DNA of 64,000 bases from Lytechinus pictus (taxonomy: Eukaryota). The notes under the pieces were generated by a model, which ran no database searches, had not been told where the DNA came from, and saw nothing but the letters and a program-made list of their open reading frames with translations. The position numbers and the translations under genes are program-made. Location: the NCBI RefSeq assembly GCF_037042905.1, contig NC_087251.1, positions 9,486,001 through 9,550,000 of the forward strand, in the 5' to 3' direction. This document shows positions 1 to 12,500 of the stretch, one piece after another; the first letter of the stretch is position 1; each line of letters begins with the position of its first letter.

Positions 1-865
1 AAGAGAGAGGAGGGAAGAAGGAAGAGGAAAAGAAGAGGAAGTAGGGGAGGGGAAAGAGGTAAAGTAGGGAGAGGAGGGGGAAAGACCCGGGGAAAGAAAA
101 AGAGAGGAAACGGGTGGGGATCGTGGAGGAAATGAAGGGGGAGGACCGGGAAAAACGTAAGAGGAAAGAGGGGAGGGGAGGGGAAAGAAGGAAGAGGACT
201 CCTAAGTTTTCCCCATAATATTATTACTACAAGCAGGCCCTTGAGCAATATTACCTTTAAGCTTGTTTAATTAATCAACTATACAAACATTGCTCCAAGT
301 ATGTGAAAGGTGAATTATATTTTATTTTTAAGCAATTAAATTTAAAACTATAGTTGAAATAAATTGACACTAAACAGGCCAGACCTTTTGACTCACATCA
401 CAGCCGGGTCGGGGGGGGGGGGGGGATTTCGGCTAAGGGTCGACCAAAAACACTGAAATTGTGTACGTACTTGAATTAGTCAATACTAAAGTGCTGAAAA
501 AAATGCAATGCTGAAAATGAAAGCGTTCATGTAAATTATGCATATTTATGTGAATTATATGCATATTTTATTTGTCATTATAAAGTAAGTTAAGACTATT
601 TTTCTTTTCCTCTTTTCCCAGGTCTTTCCCCCTCGATCTCTCCCTACTTTACCTCTTTCCCCTCCCCTCCTTCCTCTTCTTTTCCTCTTCCTTCTTCCCT
701 CCTCTCTCTTCTTTTCCTCTTTCTCCTCCCCTGTCCTCTTTTCCTCTTCCCCTCTCCTCTTTCCTCCTCCTTCCCCTTTCCTCTTCTTCCCCAGTACTCT
801 CTTCTTTTCCTTTCCTCCTTTTCCTCTTTCCCCTCCTCTCCCTTCTTTTTCTCTTTCCCCTCCGT

Positions 866-2017
866 AAATAGCGAACTAGTTCGCTACAATGCCCCGTCGT
901 ATATATGTAGAGGAGATCAGAAAAATTGCGAACTAATTCGCTACAATTTGACACGCTCTATAATATAGAGAGGAGATGAGAAATTGCAAACTAGTTTGCC
1001 ACAATTTCCCGTCGTGTATATATAAAGGAGATCCGAAAAATAGCAAACTAGTTCGCTACTTTATTCCCCCTCGTGTGTATATAGATTAGAGGAGATCCGA
1101 AAAATAGCGAACTAGTTCGCTTCAATTCCCCTTGCCTCGTGTATATAGAGGAGATCCGAAAAATAGCGAACTAGTTCGCTATGTAAAATTCCCCCTCGTG
1201 TATGTAAAGAAGAGATCCGAAAAATACCCGGGGGGGGGGGCCACTTACATTGACGAGTGGATATCATGCGCGACCAAAAAAACACGTAAAAAAGATGTCT
1301 TTTTCAAGATAGGGCACGTAACGTGATAAGGGTGTCAAAAACACAAAAAATAATGAAAAAAGGGTATCTATTTTGCTAGGAAAGCTACGTGTTTAGGGTC
1401 AAATTTGCGGGGATGATAAAACAAAATTAAAATGTTTTATAAAGGATGTCCTTTTTGCCCCAACACTACGTGTTTAGAGTCAGATTTGCGCGAGGTGTGG
1501 AAGCTGGGGCCATACTAAACCCCATGGTGTGTAAACTGTAAAGGTAAAACCGACGACCCGTGACATAACAGTAAAATATCGCTGTACTTGTTTAGGGGTA
1601 CATTTTAAGGGAATACTTGCCAAGAGTATCGTTTTGTTTCCCATACTTGTTAAGGGTAGGGTTTCAGACGCCAATACTTGTTAAGGGGTGCATTTTCAGA
1701 ATATGGAAAATATGTGTTTAGGGTGCTTTTCGAGACCCCATGGTCGCGCATGGTATCCACTCGTCAATGGAGGTGGCCCCCCCGGGGAAAAATAGCGAAC
1801 TAGTTCGCTACAATTTGACACGCTCTATAATGTATAGAGAGGAGATGAGAAATTGTGAACTAGTTCGCTAGTTTGACACGTTGTATATTATAATATATAG
1901 AGAGGAGATGAGAAATTGCGAACTAGTTCGCCACAATTTCCCCTCGTGTATATATAGAGGAGATCCGAAAAATAGCGAACTAGTTCGCTACAGTTTGACA
2001 CGTCGTATAATATAGAC
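866..2017. repeat. Tandem array of 10 units (~56-63 nt), each built on the palindrome TAGCGAACTAGTTCGCTA, interrupted by a MITE
   Basis: Six units at 866-1226 and four at 1787-2017; two linker subtypes (..CCCCTCGTG..GAGATCCGAAAAA and ..TTGACACG..GAGATGAGAAATT). Confidence 0.9.
1227..1786 (+). mobile_element. Non-autonomous DNA transposon (MITE), CCCGGG-G-run termini, 8-bp TSD
   Basis: TIRs ccac..cattgacgagtggata.catgcgcgacc / ggtcgcgcatggtatccactcgtcaatg; TSD GAAAAATA at 1219-1226 and 1787-1794. Superfamily not assigned. Confidence 0.85.
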
Positions 2018-2100
2018 TAATACAAGGAGATCGCTACAAATTTTGACGCTTATATATAAGCGTTGAAGATCGCTATATTTGCCATCTTATTATTTCCCTT

Positions 2101-2586
2101 ATCAGATACATTGCTCAAAACTTACCTCAAAATTTCCGTAATAGTGAAAAATAAGGCTACTCCATAAAATGTGCCTGGAAATGCATGTAGCATATTGGTC
2201 CATTCCTATAGGCTATACTGTGGGCTAGTGGCTATCGCGGCAATCGCGACGAGAATTGGCCGTAAAGTCACCCGATGTGTTTAGGGCCCTGCATCGTATA
2301 CATCCAGCTCCAGATCTCAGTGAATCACCGGTGGTCAGTTTCAAAAGAAGGGTGCAAATGTAGGTAGGACAACAACAAAAACGAAAAAGCAATTCTACTA
2401 AAAAGCATTACCTTAATATATTCTTTATTAGCATTATTATCAGAGACATTGCTCAAAACTTACCTCAAAATTTACCTCAAAATTTCCTTAATAGTGAAAA
2501 ATAAGACTACTCCATAAAATGTGCCTGGAAATAAAGGTAGCATTTTGGCCCATCCCCATAGGCTATACTGTGTGGGCTAGTGGCTA
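2101..2586 (+). repeat. Local direct duplication of ~135 bp (2101-2234 and 2439-2586)
   Basis: Shared atcaga.acattgctcaaaacttacctcaaaattt...ataggctatactgtg.gggctagtggcta; the second copy has an internal 12-bp duplication. Confidence 0.85.
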
Positions 2587-3571
2587 AAAATAGGCGTTTT
2601 AAAGCCCTAATGCTGACCTAGACTGTTTGAGCCTCTCTGAGAAGCAGTGGAAACGTCACAGTGATAGATAATCAACTTGGCTGCCAGAAAATGTGAAGAT
2701 GTCGCTTCATTTAACTACATTGCGCACTCAAAATATAAAAAGAAAATTTGAAGCCAACTCACCTATTGACTTTTTGGACACATGTCTATAGCACAAATTG
2801 CCTACCCTAGCAAATGAGCAAATGTACAGGCTTGGTCCCACTGCACTTACGGATGCAGAGAGGATGTAAACGGAAAAGAATCTTGCCATCCGTTGGAAAA
2901 CGTTATGTATCCGCTGTGTACTCTTTGCATACGTGTAATCTTTCGTATTTCATACGCTCTCTCCACCGAGCATGTGTCCACTGTGATTTCGTATTAACTC
3001 TGCCCGACACAGACAGAATCACTTCTTTGCCGCATTTATTTCAAGGTGCATCCTTAAGAGGGGTTTTTCATTGACTATGCTAATCTAGCTCACAATAGTT
3101 TTTAATTTGGTTTATTGTAAAGAAAATCTTTGTGTGTACCCAGTGCAGTACAGTTCAATGTGAAGCATCACTACTGTGTATGTGTGTATTGTGAATAGAA
3201 AGTGACTTGAGTCGAACTTGGCAGTCTGCTGTATGTGACTCAAGTCAAACAAAGTGGCAAACAGTTGACTCAAATGAGCTCCACCGCTAAGAAGCCCAGC
3301 ACATATCACACCACCAGACAGTTAAATGTACCTGAAAACCCCCTTAAAAAAAATGAAAATGGAAAGTATACACACACCTCTATTCTATGGATATTTCTTT
3401 TCCCGGTTCCTACCATCAGATCCTAATTCAAAGAGCTTTACCCTGAAAAAAAATATATATATACCAGAAAATTGTTCTTGCCCTACACTCAAAATACACT
3501 GCAAATTGAATAATTTCTTTTCAATTTATGTTCTTTTTATCTTGTAGGTGTCCACAGGGTACTTGCTTACA

Positions 3572-3596
3572 ATGGAAGGAAGTTCCTTCCCTCAAG
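3572..3596 (+). CDS. Coding exon 1 (exon starts at acceptor 3548; MEGSSFPQ, phase 1)
   Basis: ttgtag acceptor at 3547, ACAATGG strong Kozak context, AAG|gtaatt donor. The 24 nt upstream of the ATG are in frame without a stop, so an upstream coding exon is not excluded. Confidence 0.6.
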
Positions 3597-6500
3597 GTAA
3601 TTGTTGTGTGAGTCTATAATAAAAAGGGGAAGTAATTTTTATGATGGAAATCTTACCCCAAAGATTTATAAAGAAGAGATCAACTTTTATATTTCCATTC
3701 TAATATAAGTTGCAGTTGTATTTTATTGAGTATATTAATAAAAATGATAGCTGGATAGGGTTTTGCCAGAGGCTGTAAAGTGCAACTATTATTGCCCTGG
3801 CTTTAGCGCTAGCTGCTGCTTTATCAGCAGTGTTTAGTGCACTCAAGGATTTAACCCTTTCACCTTAGCTGGGATAAGTGCACCAGGATAATACTTGAAA
3901 TAGCTGAAACAAAAATTGATAACTATATACCGTGTTTTATTCAGATTTTTAGTCATTTGGATTATTCTTTGCTATTTTTACACTATTTTCAACTTAAACT
4001 ATACAGTACAAGAATTGAGACAACTGTAATAAAAATATTATCTGTAAAAAAAAACCAGGATTAATATTGTCTTAAATAGTGGCTTAAAATATCTTTCTTT
4101 AGATATCATTTGTCAATTTTCAATGAACAAAAGGAGCTTTTAGAATTCTTAATTTGTTGAGTTATATAAGTCAATACAGTAGCTTAGAATGATAAAACAG
4201 ATATCTTTGCTTGGATCAGATTGTATGTTGTTATTTTTTTTTCTTTGATACAGAGATACCAAGGTATGGCTTCTATCTATCTCATCTCCTGGAAGAGTAT
4301 AAAGAAAATCAAAAGAATCTGGAAGTACAGGTCAGAAAACTTAAAACTTGAAAATTAATATTATGTTAACATGCTAGTATGATACTTAGAAAAGTGCCTC
4401 AGGTCGATTAGAAAGAGTTCCCCCATCAAGAAATCACTCGCAGGTCAGACACAGATACATCTACATTACCTTTCTTAGAAGGCACACACTTGTACAATAA
4501 TGTCCCCTTCCCTCAGATTATTATGCAGTGGTTTGAACATTTGATATGTATTGTATATGATTTATATTGTCATTGTGTTCTCTCTGAATCTTTTCAGTGC
4601 TAATGTCGAATGATATCTATCTTTTTTTCCACTTTTATGTATGCTGCATAATAGGTTCACAATTCATGAAAAATTGTTTCCAGCTTGAATTTGTTCATTT
4701 TGAATAAAAATGTAATGTTAAAAGTAGATATTTTTATCAAAGTACTACCTATTATTTTATTTTTCAGTTGAAGAATCTGAGTACACAATGTCGAGAGAAA
4801 GATGAAGATTTGAAGAATGTGAAGGATAAGCTTGCAGGTCACATCCGCTTCAACACACTACTCCAGTCAGAGAAAGGTACCCATTTAATTGAGTCAATTG
4901 CATTTTATTTGGATGTAAAGACAGTAATAATCTTACATGTTTCAAATATGTAATATCTCTAATTGTCTCATATGAATTTGTGACTAAGATAACTGTGAGA
5001 TTGCATAAAAATAGGACTACTGAAGTCACAAAACAAATAAAATCTTTTTTGTATGCAACAAATGTTTATATGCTCCCCCTGCTATTCCATTTATTTTAAT
5101 TCAATGAACAATGTGAATGTAAATGTGAAAGTTAATATATAAAGAATGTAAGAGAGCCTACTATTGTTATTTAATGTTCTTACTTGTACAGTGTGTTTGG
5201 AAGAGACTGTAGAGCAGCTGAGAGAGGAAGTTAAGTCATGTGATCACCTACTTCAGTCATGTGACTCTGTACTGAGGGAGAAAGATAGAGAGATCCGAGA
5301 GCTGCTTGTGGCAAAGGTATCTACCACTCGCTATTCACACTCCATTTTATAATAAAAGGGAACACATAACTAAGAAGAAATTTATTGAACCAAAAATGGA
5401 ATGGAAATATTAAGTTGGTATTACTAATAGGCCTGAATCAAACTGAATGGTTTACTGGTGTAATTTCCTGTAGACCAGTGGAAATAAAGTGAAATAAAGA
5501 CATTTTCAGTGTCAGATACTTTGACAATTAATGAGTTTAAGAACTTAATTTCGTAAAAGTATCATATCGACCATGTGGGACTATGGTAATAAAGGCATCC
5601 TTGTAGGACTTTATTAACCTGTGACTTTACAATATTGTTGCATTTGCAATGGCATATATTTACAATTACTAGTATTACGATTCCAGCAGAGGAATTATGA
5701 GCTTCAACCAACAATGAATATGCCCGTGCCTTTACACATACTGTAATGCAACAATATCTTAACACTACAGGCCAATAAATTCAGAGAAGAGTATTGAGAA
5801 ATCCTGCTCAGAAGTCTTGTATCCATAGTTCTACTTGGTTTCCAGATTTGGTGTTTAATATTGTGAAAGATTTAATTTGATAAGGGAATTTCGTTCAGTT
5901 ATTTAAACCATAAGTGAATCACCTCCAGATTCATCTTTTTCTTGATGTGTATGATTGCAGTACGATTTAGAACGTCGTGTTGCTGAGTATGAGTTCAAAG
6001 AGAAGGAGCTTCAAGGAATGGTTTCGGGTTTTCAGGACGACATCGGAGACTTGGCTTCAGAGAGGAAGAAACTTCGCAAATGTGTAAAGAAAGCCAGGAG
6101 ATTTCAATCCCCAAGTCAACAGGTATGGTTGTGAACCTCTGTCACTGTATACAAATGATGCATGGGTTAGAGTGGGTCAGTAGGAACTGTGTGCACAAGG
6201 TAACTTTGGCATGGTTTAGACCATAATGCCAAAGTTACCGCGTGCACACAGTTCCACTGACCCACGAATGAAACCCATGCATCATCTGTTTTATAGAATG
6301 GAAAAAATTTATTGAATAAACCACAAAAATTAATGATTTACCGGATGCATAATAATTTCATGCGTCCGGTAAATTCAATTTACCGGACGCATGAAAATAT
6401 TTACTGGACGCATGATTTTTTTACCGGACGCATGATTTTTTTTACCGGACGCATGATTTCTTTACCGGATGCATGAAAATTCCAAAATGTAATGCAGACC

Positions 6501-9500
6501 CTTTGATAACCCTGGACTGTCTGGACAACATAAATATGTATGCCTAACTTGATAATATGTTGGCACAAAGGCATTATTATACCCAAAATGCCAGATACAG
6601 CTTTGCATTGACTAGATCTATGAGGCAGCCTCAGACCTCCAATAGCTGTGTGTGTATGCCCGGGCCGCGCCGGGGGCCAGTGCCTAGGGCTGCCTGGGCC
6701 TGCAGTGGAGATTTGGCTGTGCAAAGCCAGCCCAGGGCAGTAGATCTATAAACGTTAGATCGTATGTCTGGACTTCTCAACTAATGAGTATGCAGGCAGT
6801 TTTAATCCCTATGACAATTACGGTACCGTATTTGTACTTAAAAGATCATTTTGCATCCTCTATTTGATTCATTCTGCCTTGATCGAAAATTCAAAATTTT
6901 GACGTAAACAAGCGTAACAGTACATGCGCGATGACATCACAATGACCTTTTCGGACGATAGCTTGTTTACAGTGGATATCGTTTTGAATATCGGGATATC
7001 GTTCATGCAGCCCAGTAAAAATTCTTGCATAGCTCTCAACCAATCAGATTGCAGGGATTTTCTCATCCATTCTATAATATTTCTTATAACCTTGACTGAA
7101 TTTGTGCAACTGATCTCCATCCAGCAAATTCAATTACCAATCGTTCATTGTGCTTTGGGGAAAACCCCTTTTTTGGGTTGGGACAAGCTGTTATTTAATT
7201 TTGCACAGTCTACTGCTGGTGCAGTAGTTTTACTAAAATGATATGTTTTCAGAATAATTGAGACTGACAAATGAATCTAGTTGTTCCTTATGGGCAATAG
7301 TGAAATTAGGAGGCTAAATACGCCAGCAAGAGCACAAATTAGTTCTATAGAAGTTCAAATCTATGTTCATAGCCCTATTTTTTCTATAAACTATATTCTA
7401 TCATTCATACAAACTTATTTCTACAATGTTTGTTAATGAGAAGCACCATGCAATTGTGTCTATATAGTGTGCTGAAAGATTATTTACTTTGCCATGTTAA
7501 TTTGATATCATTTTACCACCTATTTGCATTTTCTTATCTTTGAATATAATTTTTCAGGTCAAGGTTCCTGAACAAATAAATGAAGTAAATGAAGAGAGAG
7601 AAGTAGAGCTTGAGGTGAGTTCTATTACATTGGTAGTGATTGAAATTGAAACGGTTTATTAAGAAAACTTCATCACAGCAAAAGGCTGAATTGCAAAATT
7701 CTGTACAAGGTAAAATACAAAATATATACAATATCAATGACCATAACTAAATGACATGTAAAAGTAATAAAATAAATCTTATGTTGAAATTTAAAAAAAG
7801 GAGTAGAGTAGAATAATTGTAATCTTGGATAATTGTAACCACAGTATGATTCTATGGGGATAAAGTCAGTAATTCTATCATGTGCTTGCATTAATAAAAT
7901 AAGAAACAGAAATTATGAACAAATGGTATTTCTTTAAAGAATTGAAGATGAAATATAACTGTGCCGGAATAAGGGGGAAATGAAAAGGATGTTGATAAGG
8001 TTGGTAAAACTGATTTTGCTGATGAGATAAGTGTATTTCACCTGGCTTACACGGAAATAAGAGACATAAATCTAATTATTGATTGAATATTTTCTGGCTG
8101 TACATGTATAAACATGGAATTAGCATATAAAACAATTATACTAAGATGGGATAAGACAACTATTCCCATTGAAAACAAGCAATGCTACAAAGAGTCGTAA
8201 ACAGAATTTAAAGTAAACAAAAACATCATAATATTAGACAATAGCATATTAATTTTGTTTTGCATAATATTGATTATACATAATTTGGATATTGTTAACA
8301 CATTGATTGCATGTTGAGAAGTCGTATCATGTATTAATTAAATTAAATAGGCATGTGTTAATTAATCATAGATTTGGAAATGAATTACATATTAGATTGA
8401 TTGTTGAGTAGTCGGACCATGTATGGGACAGCGCTTTTACGATGGCGTTCTGTTCTACAGCGTACTTCAGTGTACATATTGCTGTAACGTAGTAAACGTT
8501 TGTGGACCGCCTCACGAGTTGGAGGTAGCCAGTCATGAAAGGGGGAGGAATGAAGACTCACGCCCTTTGCTAGTCTCATACATAGTCCTTCTCTCCGCTT
8601 GTCAAGAGTAGATAGGTTGAGCACTTCTAGTGCATGGTCATAATCTTGGTAAGCAGGCCCAAGCATGAGGCGGAATGTGCGTTTTTGTATCCCCTCAATT
8701 TGTTTTCTTTGTGATGCATCAAGTCCAGAGTGCCAAACTGGTGCACAGTACTCTAATGCTGGACGAACATAGGAGGAATGAATTACCTTCAAATCTCAAG
8801 GGGTAGTTTAAATTCCTTGAGGATGCAGAACATATGAAGCCTCATGCTTGCGTGCTTGGTGATCTCATTGACATGATAATGTTTATTTCAAATCATTCTG
8901 AATGCAAACTCAAGTAGTTTCATGAACTGGACTTCAGATTGTGACATAACCTATGATACAAGTTTAGGCATGGGATTACTGGGTTATTTAAGGTGAAAGT
9001 TCACCCCGAAATCAAGTTAGTCCTAATCAAAGGGCTCTTAAAGATATAGGAAAATATCAACAAAGGTTTGGAGAAAAACCATCAAACAATAATTTTATTT
9101 CAGTTTTTAATTATTTAATGACAAATGCAAGCATGTCATTCTTTCCCTGCATATTGGAAAATATTCAAATTCGATATATCTTTATCACATTACATCACAC
9201 ATATCAATGACAAATACTTTTTGAGTCATCATGATTATTTAAAAGGGGAATTTATGGAATTTTATTACATTACATATTGGCCAGGTGCTTCAATTTGACA
9301 CCAAAAATCAAACTTTAAAAATTCATAACTCTTTTGTGATGTATCTCATCAGATCATTATATTTTGCTTTTAATGAAAACTATCCTTATGTCATGGTGGA
9401 CTTGCCCATTGATTTATAGTGTTGAACATTTTTGTCCAGTGGATAAGTCTCCTGGCAGGAATCAATTCCTTGAAATGCTTATTTGCTGTAAATGGCTGGC

Positions 9501-12500
9501 CAGACCAAGCCAGGGTAATAATATCCAAGTACTCATAAATCATTTTACCATGTACTTATAAATAATTTCTTGTCTTTGAATATCATTTTTCAGGTCAAGG
9601 TTCCTGAGCCTATAAAGAAAGTAAATGAAGAGAGAGAAATTGAGCTCCAGGTGAGTTCTATTACATTGGTGATATTTCGTGACCTGGATTCACAAAAGAA
9701 TTTTATCCAATGGGATTACAGGAGTATTTATCAGTACATACACAAGAGAATCAGGGTCTCATCAATAAATACCAATTAAATTCCATGATTTCAGTAACTT
9801 TAAACCATAGCTTGAAACTTGTCATTGTCATAACACGTTTTTTGAAACATGACCATACCCAGTATGTTTTTAAGCACATATATGTGTGTGATATGGCTTT
9901 GTCTGAATGTCTTTCTGGAGGCTGAAGCCTAACCAATAGTTCACTGGCGTAAATCCAAGCACTGAACCTATTGTCCAGGGGGGGGGGGGGGACTATGATT
10001 TCACACCCCCCTTAAAAAAAAAAAACTTGAATAATATGACATCATGGATTTACGCCCATGCAATAGTTTGACCTCATATTTGGATTTGTATTAGTCTGTA
10101 CCTTTCCAATGTTTATGAAATACACTCGACATGTATGTGTATGTACACAGTTTCCTTTATAACTGCACACATACTTTGACCCTCTTTTTAAACTTGATCT
10201 GATCACAATGGATGAGATGGTATATGACATTATTTCACAACAGACCAAAGGGGGGGGCAAATTTGTCCGCCAAAAAATTTGACAAGCAAAAAAAAAAAAA
10301 AAAAAAGGTCTTCAACCGCAAGTAAAGGACAATTTGCACCAGAAAAAAAATTGACAAGCAAAAAAAAAAAAAAAGAAAGTTCAAAGCAGGGGGTCGTCAG
10401 GGATCAGTTTTGACTCGTCAGGGGGGGCAGGGATACGTCCTTTGCATGAGTTGTGACTCATCAGGGGGGCAGTCTGCCCCCCCTTAAGGCCTCTGCATAC
10501 CTTACGACTGTTCGTGATCCGATTTTGTAACAAATCGCATTTTGCTCATTTTTTGAAAATGTGAATGGAACATTTCATTTTATTTGAGGTTAAAATTAAT
10601 TGAAAGAATACTAATATAACAATTTTGAAAGGTTGCAAGCCTTTATTTTGGAGTAAAGGCCAAATCAGTTTCAAATCGTAGCTAATCGTACGACTGCTAT
10701 GACGTCATTACGACTAGATATTAAATTTGTTTTTATTCTAAGAAGGATGATAGCATAGTCACAGATTTGAAAATAGGTACATTTGTACGATGATTTCGAA
10801 CATCACAGTAAGATATTCCAAGTCTCAATATTAGCATCAAATTCTACTACGTTTTATTCCAAAATTGAGTCGCAGACCAATCGTAAGGTGTGCGGTCGCC
10901 TTTAGGTCCGCTAGTGGTGTTGGTGTTTCAATTACATTTCTGTTGTATAGAAATTGAACATTTCTGTTGTATAGCTTGTATGCAATAAGGGAAAGAGATA
11001 CTACAAGTATAAGTTTTAACTAGTTTGGGATGTTTTTTTTTTAAAGACAGGAATGCTGTTTTTTTTTTCAATGAATAAATTCTTGTTGAGACATTGCAAA
11101 GCTCAGCAAGAATTTATCCCCACTGTTTTTTTTAAAAGCTCTCTTTTATGGGACGTTTCTATGCTTACCTCAATATTATTTCATCAAGAAGAACATGTAG
11201 AAGTTCCATGTGATATTCAAGTTTATTGATAGTTTTGTAATAGCAGTGTCTATTTCATTAGCTTGTTTTTTAGCTCAACCGGCCCGAAGGGCAAGATGAG
11301 CTTATAAAATGCTGTGGTGTGGCGTCTGTCGTCCATCCACAATTTCAAAATGCTTCTACTTCGCCATTTCAAGTCCGATTTCAATTCTGTTTGCTTTATA
11401 TGATAGCACTAGGTGGGGGATTCAAAACTTGTACACAGAATTTTGAAACTCATTAAATATGCTAATTTATGCGCATTTTTCAAAATTAACAAAAATGCTT
11501 CTTCTTCATTTATTGACCGATTTTGAATTTTTTGCTTCCATCTGGTAGAGCTTTATGAGGTTCGCCAAACTTCTACATAGAATTTAGAAATTTTGACTAG
11601 AACAATTTTTATGCTAATTTATGCGAATTTAATTTATGCATATTTTTAAAAATTCGCATAAAATGCTTCTTCTTCTGAATTTGTTGACGGATTTTGATTT
11701 TTTTTCTTCCATCTGGTAGAGCTTCATGAGGCTCACCAAAATTCTCCACAGAATTTTTTGAAATTTTGAGTAGAAAATTATTTATGCTAATTTATGCAAA
11801 ATTCATAAATCACAGAAAATGCCTCTTTATTTGTTGACTGAATTTCAAAATGCTTCTTTGTCATTTCAAGTCTGATTTCAATTCTGTTTGCTTTTTATGA
11901 TAGCATTAGGTGGGGGATTCAAAACTTCTACACAGAATTTTGAAACTCATGTAATATGCTAATTTATGTGCATTTTTCAAAATTCACAAAAATACTTTAT
12001 TTGTTGACCGATTTTGAATTTTTTGCTTCCATCTGGTAGAGCTTCATTAGGTTCACCAAAATTGTACACAGAATTTCAAAATTTTGAGAACAATTTCTAT
12101 GCTAATTTATGCATATTTTTAAAAATTCACATAAAATGCTTCTTCTTCTGAATTTGTTGACCGATTTTGATTTTTTTTCTTCCATCTGGTAGAGCGTCAT
12201 GAGGTTCACCAAACTTCTACACAGAATTTTGAAACTCATTAAATATGCTAATTTATGCGCATTTTTCAAAATTCACAAAAAATGCTTCTTTATTTGTTGA
12301 CCGATTTTGAAATTTTTGCTTCCATCTGGTAGAGCTTCTTCATTAGGTTCACCGAAATTCTACACAGAATTTTGAAATTTTGAGTAGAACAATTTCTATG
12401 CTAATTTATGCGAATTTAATTTATGCATATTTTTAAAAATTCACATAAAATGCTTCTTCTGAATTTGTTGACCGATTTTGATTTTTTTTCTTCCATCTGG

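Larger units (their letters stand above)
1..2017. mobile_element. Putative foldback-type element (left arm runs off the window): inverted polypurine/polypyrimidine inner arms plus outer tandem palindrome array
   Basis: Positions 1-40 are the exact reverse complement of 671-710, and the pairing continues 41-110 versus 601-670. The right arm continues into the tandem array at 866-2017. Confidence 0.55.

Noticed and set aside
649-954. 101-aa R/K/E/G-rich ORF
   Set aside because: It is a translation of the polypurine tract in the inverted-repeat arm.
866-2017. CRISPR-like array (palindromic repeats with ~40-nt spacers)
   Set aside because: The linkers are homologous to each other (two subtypes), there are no cas genes, and the context is eukaryotic. 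It is a tandem repeat.
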